A DNA stretch of 64,000 nucleotides from a bacterium (GTDB lineage Bacteria; Zhuqueibacterota; Zhuqueibacteria; Residuimicrobiales; Krinioviventaceae), in assembly GCA_963675755.2 (NCBI GenBank), contig CAXXMD010000003.1, positions 2,048,001 to 2,112,000 of the forward strand, read 5' to 3'. This document shows positions 22,650 through 31,691 of this stretch, piece after piece. Each line of letters starts with the position of its first letter. Positions within the stretch are counted from its first letter, which is position 1. Position numbers and translations under genes: made by a program. The notes under the pieces were generated by a model. The model was not told the DNA's origin. It did not search any database and was given only the letters and a program-made list of their open reading frames with translations.

Positions 22650-23009
22650 ATGAAGATGACAAAATTTATAATTCTTTTTTCTATTATTGCAGTAGTTGCT
22701 GTTTTAGCCGGCGAAAAAGAAACCGTTGATTTGAAAATTGATGGTATGACCTGTAATGGTTGTGTTCACGCTGTCAAAGCTGCAATTGAAAAAGTGGATG
22801 GCGTTACAGAAGCTGATGTGGTTTTAGCCAGTAATTCTGCCAAAGTTACATATGAGACCGACAAAGCAGATGCAGCAAAAATTGCTCAAGCTGTTAATAA
22901 AACCGGTTTCAAAGTTGTTGATAACCAGTGTCCTGCAGTAAAGACATGTGATAAGGATTGTTGTAAAGAAAGTCAAGGCGAGTGCTGTAAAGCAAAAGCC
23001 CAAAAATAA
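22650..23009 (+). CDS. Exported heavy-metal-associated (HMA, MerP/CopZ-like) protein with Cys-rich tail
   Basis: Signal peptide, GMTCNGC, C-terminal C..C...CC...CC. Confidence 0.85.
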   Translation: MKMTKFIILFSIIAVVAVLAGEKETVDLKIDGMTCNGCVHAVKAAIEKVDGVTEADVVLASNSAKVTYETDKADAAKIAQAVNKTGFKVVDNQCPAVKTCDKDCCKESQGECCKAKAQK

Positions 23010-23010
23010 T

Positions 23011-23035
23011 AAAGGCGGCATTGGCCGCCTTTTTT
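23011..23035. terminator. Bidirectional terminator between convergent genes
   Basis: AAAGGCGGC-ATTG-GCCGCCTTTTTT. Confidence 0.75.
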
Positions 23036-24758
23036 ATTGATTTCCTATCAATACCGTATTGATCAAAGTAATACCCCAACTCATTACATCATCTGGCGGA
23101 TCTGCATTCCAATCCTTATAATTATGGCTGTCATCCGATTCATAATGAACGGTATATTTACCGGCGGGTAAATAGATTATGTCATTAAAGGCTCTGTTTT
23201 TTCTGGCGCCACCTGCATGATATGTGTCGTCATATTCCATTTCCCATACCCAATCACCATCCTGGTTTTCTATCCAACCATAATCGTACATATCATCTTT
23301 TTCACCTTCTCCCAGTGCGTAAATTCGTATATTTGCACCCTGCTCAAGATCAAATGATTTCCGTCGGTGTTCATTTTTATTAACCTGTTTAATAGAGGCC
23401 AGTATAGCCGGATCGTCTTTTTCTGAATAGGGATAAACTTTAACATTAGATGAATTGTTTTCGGGAGTTATAGTTATACCCCATTGTTCCGGTTCTGACG
23501 GTTTACTGCTGTTCCAGGAATTAAAGGCATGACTGTCATCTGTTATATAGTGAACGGTATAGGCACCCGGTTCCAGGTGTATATGGTCCTGGGCTTTACG
23601 ATTCTTCCTGCTGCCACCGGCGTGAATAGAATTGTCCAGTGTCATTGTCCAGATACGTTCACGTGTATGCGCGTTTGTAATCCAGCCATAATCTGCAAAA
23701 GTATTGAAAATTCGCGAGTATTCCCCCACACACTGGATGTAAATATCCATAGGTTCACGGATTTCAAAGCCCTCACAATTGTATTCATTATTTTGCATTT
23801 TTGTAAAACTAACTATAGGTGCGAGTGATGTTACGGATGTAATGGCTTGTTTTTCACTCAAGATAATATCACCATCACTTGCCCATAAAGAGATTCCCCA
23901 GTTTAGAGGATCATATGGAGGCATTTGATTAAACATGTCAGGAGAATGAGAGTCATCTGTAATGTAGTGAAGCGTATAATGCCCCGCCGGAAGGAGAATG
24001 GTTTCATCTGCAATGCGGTTTTTTTCTGCACCACCACCATACAGTGTTTCTTTGACCTGGGCTTGCCATACTCTTTGGTGAGTATCCGAATTTGTTATCC
24101 ATCCGTAATCATACATTTGATCGTTTTTGCGGGTTCCTTCACCCACCATGTAGATCTGAATTGTGGTTTCCTGCTCAAGCAAAAAGCCGGTTTCTTTTTT
24201 TGCATTATCTCCAATAGGAGCCATGTGGATATCCGGATTGATACCTTTTATTTCATTTATCTGTACAGGATGAAATGTGTTTTGTTCATCATCCCGTGAT
24301 TCAACAGTGATTCCCCAATAACGCTCATCTCTTTCATAATAATCCAGATTGTCAAACAAGTCATCTACAATTCCAGACCATCCTTTGGCTTTTTGCTGTA
24401 CATAAGCATCTATACCAAAATAGACTTCATACGAGCCCGCTGTGAATAATTGCTCTCCCAGAAATCTTCTGCGGCCATTGTCGTTTATCTTGTGAGAATT
24501 ATCAAAATTCATTTCCCAAACGGGACGTCGGGTTTGAGAATTTAATATCCATGCTTTGGCTTGCCATTGGTCATTTACAGCCTGACCGGTTGCTGTGATG
24601 GTTAGATACATATCCTGATCAATTGTGAATGCTTTAACCGCCCAGTTTTTCAGACCGGTATCATCAATGTTAACGGCTGGTTTTGTTGATTCTCGAGCAA
24701 ACAAGACCGTAGCAGAGATAAAAAGGAATAAAAGGATTTTTTGAAATTTCATACTCAT
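23034..24758 (-). CDS. Secreted protein of four tandem ~135-aa repeats (unknown function)
   Basis: Signal peptide; repeated GE..DYGWI..VW..GG..KNR..G.Y..HY..DDSH..WGI. Confidence 0.8.
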   Translation of the reverse strand: MSMKFQKILLFLFISATVLFARESTKPAVNIDDTGLKNWAVKAFTIDQDMYLTITATGQAVNDQWQAKAWILNSQTRRPVWEMNFDNSHKINDNGRRRFLGEQLFTAGSYEVYFGIDAYVQQKAKGWSGIVDDLFDNLDYYERDERYWGITVESRDDEQNTFHPVQINEIKGINPDIHMAPIGDNAKKETGFLLEQETTIQIYMVGEGTRKNDQMYDYGWITNSDTHQRVWQAQVKETLYGGGAEKNRIADETILLPAGHYTLHYITDDSHSPDMFNQMPPYDPLNWGISLWASDGDIILSEKQAITSVTSLAPIVSFTKMQNNEYNCEGFEIREPMDIYIQCVGEYSRIFNTFADYGWITNAHTRERIWTMTLDNSIHAGGSRKNRKAQDHIHLEPGAYTVHYITDDSHAFNSWNSSKPSEPEQWGITITPENNSSNVKVYPYSEKDDPAILASIKQVNKNEHRRKSFDLEQGANIRIYALGEGEKDDMYDYGWIENQDGDWVWEMEYDDTYHAGGARKNRAFNDIIYLPAGKYTVHYESDDSHNYKDWNADPPDDVMSWGITLINTVLIGNQ

Positions 24759-24763
24759 GTCTA

Positions 24764-25612
24764 CTATTTAACATCTATGGATAGTTCACCAATTCCTGCA
24801 GATATTATAAGATACAAATTTTTTTCACTATCTGAATAATTTTCTGAATAATAATATTTGCCTCTTTTCTCAAACCAATGGGGATAGTTCACCTCTGCCA
24901 AAAACAGGAATTTTGATACGCGCAATTTCGAACCAACCTCTTCCGGGACTGTGATTTGTGTTTCACCAATATCCAGATCGATGCGGGCCATGGCCCTTTC
25001 GAGCATATCTCCTCTAAAATCAATGTTCAATTCGCCAATGCCGCTGTTAATATCTGCTTCTTTAAAACGCGCATTGCCTAAATTACGTATATCGAGCTCG
25101 CCTACTTTGAAATTAATATCCAGAGTTTCCATTTCAATCTGGTTAGGTGTGGCAAAATTTATATCTGCTTCTCCCGCCCAATTGGTGAACTGGAAACTGC
25201 GTATTTTGAGACCGCCAAGTCTCATGTCAAATTCACCGGCTTTGAGCTTTGCATTGATATCCAGAATTGCACTGGACGGGAGCTCAATCAATATTTCAGG
25301 CCCCCTGTTGTGGTCTTCCTGGTCTTTGCCAACGGATTTCCATGAATCGTAATCTACAATAACGTCAAGAGCGTTCTTTTTTTCATTGAATCGAATATCA
25401 GCTTCTGCATGATCAGTATTGTATTGAATGCGGACATGGCATTGGTCATCAATTTCATTTTGTCTGACTTTGATTTCTCCCGCATCGATATTTATATCAA
25501 TGTCGAGTTTATCGGAAATTGTGAAATTCTCTTCCAGAGTCATATCATTAAAAGCAAACAAGTTTGAAATCAGGAAAAAAATTATAAAGAATGGTAGCAA
25601 TAAATTTTTCAT
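24764..25612 (-). CDS. Secreted toast-rack/LiaF-like (DUF2154-type) beta-helix protein
   Basis: Signal peptide; repeated (A/V/I)GE(L/F/T)xI coils; Y.SENY...ISAGIGELSI C-terminus. Confidence 0.7.
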   Translation of the reverse strand: MKNLLLPFFIIFFLISNLFAFNDMTLEENFTISDKLDIDINIDAGEIKVRQNEIDDQCHVRIQYNTDHAEADIRFNEKKNALDVIVDYDSWKSVGKDQEDHNRGPEILIELPSSAILDINAKLKAGEFDMRLGGLKIRSFQFTNWAGEADINFATPNQIEMETLDINFKVGELDIRNLGNARFKEADINSGIGELNIDFRGDMLERAMARIDLDIGETQITVPEEVGSKLRVSKFLFLAEVNYPHWFEKRGKYYYSENYSDSEKNLYLIISAGIGELSIDVK

Positions 25613-25646
25613 TGGTTAAGGACCTCCCTGCATATTTATAAAAATG

Positions 25647-25677
25647 CATGAAGAAGCGGTGTTTCCGCTTCTTCATG
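25647..25677 (-). terminator. Intra-operon stem-loop (attenuator or mRNA stabiliser)
   Basis: CATGAAGAAGCGG-TGTTT-CCGCTTCTTCATG 13-bp perfect stem between Omp85 and toast-rack genes. Confidence 0.6.
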
Positions 25678-25704
25678 TACGGGCTTGGAGTTGTGTGATA
25701 CTAT

Positions 25705-27441
25705 TTAAAACGGATGATTGATGCGAAATGTTACAACAAAATCTCTTCCACCAACATCTGTTCGGCGTGCAAAATTAATTCTGAATTCATCATCTTCTGT
25801 TGCGAGGGCAACGCCAACATTGGTTTTCAGCGAATTCCAGGTCAAAGAATCGAACGTATCTTGTGGGTCGCTGTTGGGTTCTTGAGGAGTTTCTGTTTCA
25901 TTATCATAATTCCATGCATTCACCCGGTTCGGGGTATCGCTGTCCGCAAACCATGCCAGACCAGAATCTACAAACAATACAATATCAAATGTGTCAAATA
26001 CAAACCAGTCATCATCACTTGTGCGCATGCGATATTCAATATTTCCCAATACCATACGATCGCCGGTAAATTCTTTATATTCATAACCACGCAAGGTTGA
26101 CAGTCCGCCAAGGTTAAACCAGTACATGGGGGGTACATCGCCTTTGGTGGTACCGCCACGTAAACGAATGTTGAGGTTTTCATCCCAACCCAGCGGTTGA
26201 TAACGTCTAATGTCAAGTATATATCGGTCAAATTCACTGTTTTCAAGTTGAGTATAGGTTGCTCTTTCTGCAAAAGCCTGTACATACCAGCCTCGTTGCG
26301 GATGTTTGTAACTGTCACGTGTATCAAATTCCGCATTGAGAGTATAACTGGTCAAATCCAGATACGGATTTTGAAATCCTGCCGGTTTGGCCAATTCCTG
26401 ATCTACCAGACCTTGAGGAAGCGCGACCGCATTGGGTCTGAACCTTTTATCGTCTCCACCGAATACTGCCCAGTCAGCACGGGTTGGAAGATTTTTGAAT
26501 CGGTTTTCATTATAGGCAATTTTGAAATTTAAATAATGAGTAAGGTAGTTTTTCATATAGACCGAAAAACCTTCTTTTAAATAATGATCACGAAAATCTT
26601 CTTTGAACAAAAGAGACGCAAGTGTGTTTTCTGTATCAGTAATGATCCAGTTGTCTTCTGATGCAGTGAGATCGTGATACTCTCCGCCAAACGCCATACG
26701 ATTGTCTTGCAGAAACCATTTTTCAAGTCCTACTTTGTATTGCCACTCCTTGCGGGCAAAAGAGTATCCTATTTTACCGAGAATTGCAAAGTCATGGTCA
26801 CGATACTGCCACCAGCCCGGTTCGGGGAATTTCATACCAAGGGTTAATCCATCAACACTACTGTATTCAAACCACATGGGTTCATCATCATATTCGTAAT
26901 CACGGTATCGAACAGAAATATTTGATTTCCTTTTCGATCTGCGTTTTGCTTTGTCCGAGTCTTCATCATTGTCATCGTATTTGTCAGATCTTTCGATTCG
27001 TTTATTGCTCTTTGAACCGCTGGTTTCAATGATATCGCCTTCAACGAAGGAACCTTCATTGGTCCATATAATACCTTCGATGCTGATAACATTACCCAAA
27101 ACGCGGGCGTTCTCATCCAATTCAATATCACCATATATACAAAGTACATTGCCTTCAATTTCGCCTTTGATTTGAATAGTGCCATCTACAACGACTACAT
27201 CACGTCTGATCAACTGGTCTTCTTCAATAGTGGTATCACCATTAAAGCGCAAAGGTGAGCTGTCAGGGCCCAGGTATTTTGATTCCATCTCACTGACGGA
27301 AAGATCATTATCTGAATTTGTTGTAAATTCTTCAGTCACGGCTGCATGAGACTGACCCCATAGTACCATACTTAGTAGGATCAGAACCGCGGCTGTAATC
27401 CACAAAAAGAGCAGCATTTGTTTCGCTTTAGTATTTTCCAT
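25705..27441 (-). CDS. Omp85/BamA-TamA family barrel with N-terminal bactofilin-like beta-helix, no POTRA evident
   Basis: Signal peptide; GDTTI/DVVVVDGTIQIKGEIEGNVLCIYGDI/GNVISIEG/GDII coils; FDTRD..P.RGW, LGG.STLRGY, GNIEYR, LFVDSG, terminal F. Confidence 0.8.
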   Translation of the reverse strand: MENTKAKQMLLFLWITAAVLILLSMVLWGQSHAAVTEEFTTNSDNDLSVSEMESKYLGPDSSPLRFNGDTTIEEDQLIRRDVVVVDGTIQIKGEIEGNVLCIYGDIELDENARVLGNVISIEGIIWTNEGSFVEGDIIETSGSKSNKRIERSDKYDDNDEDSDKAKRRSKRKSNISVRYRDYEYDDEPMWFEYSSVDGLTLGMKFPEPGWWQYRDHDFAILGKIGYSFARKEWQYKVGLEKWFLQDNRMAFGGEYHDLTASEDNWIITDTENTLASLLFKEDFRDHYLKEGFSVYMKNYLTHYLNFKIAYNENRFKNLPTRADWAVFGGDDKRFRPNAVALPQGLVDQELAKPAGFQNPYLDLTSYTLNAEFDTRDSYKHPQRGWYVQAFAERATYTQLENSEFDRYILDIRRYQPLGWDENLNIRLRGGTTKGDVPPMYWFNLGGLSTLRGYEYKEFTGDRMVLGNIEYRMRTSDDDWFVFDTFDIVLFVDSGLAWFADSDTPNRVNAWNYDNETETPQEPNSDPQDTFDSLTWNSLKTNVGVALATEDDEFRINFARRTDVGGRDFVVTFRINHPF

Positions 27442-27478
27442 GATTAACCTCTCTTTTATCTTTCTTCAATAGGGTACA

Positions 27479-27494
27479 GGCAATAGGTATGCCA
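27479..27494 (-). promoter_or_regulatory. sigma54 (-24/-12) promoter of Omp85 operon
   Basis: Minus strand TGGCAT-ACCTA-TTGCC about 40 bp upstream of ATG 27441 (GAGG RBS). Confidence 0.7.
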
Positions 27495-27598
27495 GAAGAA
27501 TGGATGGATTAAAAGGATGTTGTGAAGCTGTTAAATCAATGATTTTAAATGTGTTATGTTTGGTTTGTAAAAGTTGGTAAATCGGAGACAATTGAGAG

Positions 27599-27655
27599 TG
27601 TAGGTTTTTTACACATGTGTAAAATAAACAATTGTAGGTTTTTTACACATGTGTA
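27599..27655. repeat. Perfect 23-bp direct repeat, candidate enhancer-binding-protein sites
   Basis: TGTAGGTTTTTTACACATGTGTA at 27599-27621 and 27633-27655. Confidence 0.75.
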
Positions 27656-28650
27656 TTTCTTAAAAGCTCTAATAAATCTTGCATATCCTGAGGTATGGGT
27701 GAGTCGAATTTCATCAGTTCATGGGTTGCCGGATGTACAAACGCCAAACTTTTTGCGTGCAGCATTTGTCGTTTAAAGTTTTTAAACAGACTGTTTATAA
27801 ATTTAGTACGTTCGTTATTCATCCCTGCCAGCTGTTTTCCTCTACCTCCATAGGCAGCATCTGAAAAAATAGGGTGTCCAAGTGAAGTCATGTGCACTCT
27901 GATCTGATGTGTTCGCCCGGTTTCGAGATTGAGTTTTATATAGCTGGTAAGCGAATGCCTTTCAAGCACTTCATAGTGGGTAATGGCGTGCTTGCCTTCC
28001 GGATCAATGCGCATCAAGGTTCTGTCTTTGGGGTTACGACCTAAAGCGGCTTCAATTGTACCGGATTTTTCTTTGGGGTGCCTCCAGATGATTGCCCGGT
28101 ATTCTCTGTCCATTTTTCGTGAGGACAATTGCCTTGCCAGTTCTACATGGGTAACATCGTTTTTGGCAACAACCAACAAGCCGGATGTATCTTTATCCAA
28201 TCTATGCACCAGTCCCGGCCGGGTATCACCGCCCACATCTGAAAGCTGGCCGCAATGGGCTAGTAGAGCGTTTACAAGTGTACCGGTCCGGTTTCCATAA
28301 GCGGGATGCACAACCATACCGGGGGGTTTATTAACAACAAGAAGGTGGTCGTCTTCATAAATGATATCAAGAGGAATATCTTCGGGCTCCAACTCGGTTT
28401 TGGGAGGTCTGGGAAAGCGAATACGTATTTTATCTCCCGGTCTGATACTGTAACCTGCTTTAACAGGAACATCGTTCACTGTAACGCCAGCAACATCGAT
28501 CAGTTTTTTGATCTTGGCTCGGGTTACAGAGGGGAGATGATCGCAAAGGAATTTGTCCAGACGCTCCTTGCCCTGGTTTTCCGGCACAAGCATATCAATA
28601 ATCTGGTCCGGGTAGGGTAAATCTACTGGATATTGATCAGTGCCAGCCAT
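27643..28650 (-). CDS. rluD: RluA/RluD family 23S rRNA pseudouridine synthase
   Basis: S4 domain, NKPPGMVVHP, HRLDKDTSG, LETGRTHQIRVH. Confidence 0.9.
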   Translation of the reverse strand: MAGTDQYPVDLPYPDQIIDMLVPENQGKERLDKFLCDHLPSVTRAKIKKLIDVAGVTVNDVPVKAGYSIRPGDKIRIRFPRPPKTELEPEDIPLDIIYEDDHLLVVNKPPGMVVHPAYGNRTGTLVNALLAHCGQLSDVGGDTRPGLVHRLDKDTSGLLVVAKNDVTHVELARQLSSRKMDREYRAIIWRHPKEKSGTIEAALGRNPKDRTLMRIDPEGKHAITHYEVLERHSLTSYIKLNLETGRTHQIRVHMTSLGHPIFSDAAYGGRGKQLAGMNNERTKFINSLFKNFKRQMLHAKSLAFVHPATHELMKFDSPIPQDMQDLLELLRNTHV

Positions 28651-30020
28651 ATTTGGTCCATATTGGGTGATTGGATTTGAACAGAATTACCTGTGATTGT
28701 TTTAGCATTATAAAATTTCAGAGTAACCGGGTCAAACCAGGTTATTTTGTACTGCTTTGTGGTTTCTTCAAGTTTGAGGGTAATATTACCACCGGTTGGA
28801 AAATATAAAGCATACGTATTGCCGGGATCGGCCAGGCAGTACGCTTCATTTGGTTCTGTATCGCTAAGAAGATCAGGATGAGGTTGGCACGCAAAAATAT
28901 TGAATGCATCTGTAAAAGTCCGTGCCGCTCTTATATTTTGTTGTGAAAGCGGATTTAAACCTGTACCTCCGGTAGGGCGATGAAAACGGGTACTGGCGCA
29001 TCCCGCAAAGATATTCTGCCACCAGCGGTCTACTCCTACCGAGGGTGTATTGGGCATATTGTCATGACGACGATGATATACTTTGATATTGGTAAGCGGG
29101 CGCACACCTCCGTGGTCTTGAAGCATGTTTCTTACCCAGAGCGCATTATCGTAATGTGTTTGGCCTTCCTGCCAGTTGTTTTGAGAGATGTCAAAATAGG
29201 CAAAAAGTTCAAGATGGTCATATGTACGACGGTGTTCTTTGTTGTGAAGATCGTGCGCGTCCCACATTTCTGTGAGCATAACCGGAACACCAGATTGATA
29301 GGCTTTTTTCTGAACATAATCGGCCCAATACCAGGCCCATTCAGCCGGTGCACGGGTTTCATTGTCCATGCAATACAGTACGTTATCATAATTCAGACTG
29401 ATGCTTAAAAGTTTATCTACAAATTTGCGCTGATATTTGATCAGCAAAGAATCATTATTCTGTTCAGGAACAGAAAAGAAAAAAGGTTGCGGCTTGCTTG
29501 CCGGATGATGAGGCCAGGTTGATTTTAATTGCGTGTCATCTGTGCTGTAATTAATATTATTTGCAGGATTAAAGGGATTGACTGTCCAGTAATCTCGATA
29601 AAAATCAAATGTTGCCCAGATTTCAACCTGTACAATTATATCATAATCTCTGGCTCTGACAAGACAGTTCTCGAACCGGTTCCAGTACTCTTTGTTATAT
29701 TGATCAAGGTCATACAATCCGTTTTGCTTTTGGGCAAATGGCCATACATTACCGTTATCCCTACTTGACATTGTACACCGGATGTAATTTCCACCCACCT
29801 CGTACAATGTTTCAAGGTTTTCTTCCATCAGGTATGGATTGTTGAATAAATTGTCTTCGTCTGATCCCCCGAGTAACAGAACAGGTTTCCCCTTGTATGC
29901 AAAATAGTGTGGGTTTTGAATACATAGCTGAATATGCTGTGATAAATTTTCCTGAGATGTTGAGGTACAATTCAGAAAGCCGGAAGCAACAATAACCAGT
30001 ATAATAGCTATTTTTTTCAT
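28623..30020 (-). CDS. Lipoprotein, glycoside-hydrolase-like TIM barrel with C-terminal collagen-binding-like domain
   Basis: FLNC lipobox; NPHYFAYKGKP, GGNYIR, DNE acid/base-like motif, W.DP.T C-terminal module. Confidence 0.65.
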   Translation of the reverse strand: MKKIAIILVIVASGFLNCTSTSQENLSQHIQLCIQNPHYFAYKGKPVLLLGGSDEDNLFNNPYLMEENLETLYEVGGNYIRCTMSSRDNGNVWPFAQKQNGLYDLDQYNKEYWNRFENCLVRARDYDIIVQVEIWATFDFYRDYWTVNPFNPANNINYSTDDTQLKSTWPHHPASKPQPFFFSVPEQNNDSLLIKYQRKFVDKLLSISLNYDNVLYCMDNETRAPAEWAWYWADYVQKKAYQSGVPVMLTEMWDAHDLHNKEHRRTYDHLELFAYFDISQNNWQEGQTHYDNALWVRNMLQDHGGVRPLTNIKVYHRRHDNMPNTPSVGVDRWWQNIFAGCASTRFHRPTGGTGLNPLSQQNIRAARTFTDAFNIFACQPHPDLLSDTEPNEAYCLADPGNTYALYFPTGGNITLKLEETTKQYKITWFDPVTLKFYNAKTITGNSVQIQSPNMDQIWLALINIQ

Positions 30021-30028
30021 TCATCTCC

Positions 30029-31579
30029 TCAGATTATTTGTATTGTATCACGAGTGTTTTGCTGCCAGTTCACAATTCTGTCAGTCAAATCATTAATAAT
30101 ATCATTATGCTGCCCAGAGTCAAACAGGTTTATGGTCTCGTATGGATCTTTATCAAGATTGAATAGCTGGTTTTTATCTTTATCGCTCAAGCAGAGTTTC
30201 CAACCGTTTTGGGTTATAACCGTACGTATGCTGGCATTGTGAGCATTCAGTTGTTCGCTTTCAGGAACATTATTGACCATTCGTGACGGTTTGCCTGTTG
30301 GAGGATTCCATTCAATAAATATATCATTTTCTAAATTACGGTTCTCCCGCATGTTGGGTAAAAGACTCTTCCCGGGCAAATCTGAACGATTTTTACCCTG
30401 CATTAATTCCAGCAACGTGGGAACAAGGTCTATATGGCTTGCCCTGTTTTTAATAATTTTTTGGCTTTTGCCCAATTGAGGAACACGCATAAGCCAGGGC
30501 ACTCTTACCGATTCTTCATACATTACGGTTTTAGCTAATAGATTGTGTGAACCCATCATATCTCCGTGGTCACTGGTATATACCACAATAGTATTATCTG
30601 CCAGTCCCAGGTTTTCAAGATGGTCAAGAATAGCGCCCACGCTGAGATCGACCTGTGTTACCAGGCCCCAATAGTTTGCAATCAACCTGCGCCAACCGGC
30701 TTCAGTACTTAGATCATTATTGTCATAACCATTGGTTCTATAGTATTCTCTCAGCAATCTATAACGCAAGGGTTCGTTTTCTTCAAGAGGGTCCCAGAAA
30801 TTCTTTGGTAATTCAATATCAGACACATGATGTTCATAATCCAGCGGCCCAAAGAAAGGCATATGCGGTTCAAGAAAATTGATATACAGCATAAACGGAT
30901 CGTTCTGGTGCCGGTTTAGAAACTTAATGGCCTGAGATTCGAGGAATTTGGGTTTACAATGATCAAGGGGCAGTTTTGCCGCAAAACTCCGGCTAAAATC
31001 ATCCCGACTGGTATTGGGTTTATAATCCAGAGATTTAAGATACTGGCAATAATCACTTTTCTGGCCTTTGTCACGAGTTTCGCTATAATATTTCCAATAG
31101 CCGTCTTCTATACTTTTCCATTCTTCAAAACCATGTTGGGCGAAAACTTCATCACCCAGGTGCCATTTGCCAAAATAACCGGTGCGATAATCGGGGTCAT
31201 CAATTAATTCCGGGAAACATGGGGTAGTTTCAGGTAATGGGATGTTGTTCTGAGTGCAGGTATTGTTGTGCGGCCACAGACCTGTCATAACGGTTGAACG
31301 GGAAGGGGTGCAAACCGGTTGGCTAATATAGGCGTTCTTGAAAACCACACTTTCGCTCGCCAATGCATTCAGGTTTGGCGCATGGATACGTCTGTTACCA
31401 TATACTGCCATTGTGTCGGCGCGTTGTTCGTCTGTCCAGATAAACAGCAGATTTGGTTTTTCTTTACGACTTGCGCAGTGGACAAAGGGTGCCCCAATGG
31501 CCGCGGCCGATGAGGTTTTAATAAAGTCCCTGCGAGATATACTACCATTGGTATTGAATGACATTATATCTGCTCCCAT
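30029..31579 (-). CDS. Tat-exported formylglycine-dependent sulfatase
   Basis: SRRDFIK twin-arginine; PNLLFIWTDEQR, CTPSR, GKWHLG, SDHGDM. Confidence 0.93.
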   Translation of the reverse strand: MGADIMSFNTNGSISRRDFIKTSSAAAIGAPFVHCASRKEKPNLLFIWTDEQRADTMAVYGNRRIHAPNLNALASESVVFKNAYISQPVCTPSRSTVMTGLWPHNNTCTQNNIPLPETTPCFPELIDDPDYRTGYFGKWHLGDEVFAQHGFEEWKSIEDGYWKYYSETRDKGQKSDYCQYLKSLDYKPNTSRDDFSRSFAAKLPLDHCKPKFLESQAIKFLNRHQNDPFMLYINFLEPHMPFFGPLDYEHHVSDIELPKNFWDPLEENEPLRYRLLREYYRTNGYDNNDLSTEAGWRRLIANYWGLVTQVDLSVGAILDHLENLGLADNTIVVYTSDHGDMMGSHNLLAKTVMYEESVRVPWLMRVPQLGKSQKIIKNRASHIDLVPTLLELMQGKNRSDLPGKSLLPNMRENRNLENDIFIEWNPPTGKPSRMVNNVPESEQLNAHNASIRTVITQNGWKLCLSDKDKNQLFNLDKDPYETINLFDSGQHNDIINDLTDRIVNWQQNTRDTIQII

Positions 31580-31635
31580 TTTTATTTTTATAAGATAACA
31601 AAACTTGACATTTGATCAAATGAAATCTTTTTTTC

Positions 31636-31664
31636 TTGACTTTACTATCGTAATACTTTATTAT
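31636..31664 (+). promoter_or_regulatory. Putative sigma70 promoter
   Basis: TTGACT-N17-TATTAT upstream of 31692. Confidence 0.45.
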
Positions 31665-31691
31665 TACAACGTGATCTAATTCAAGGCAAAT

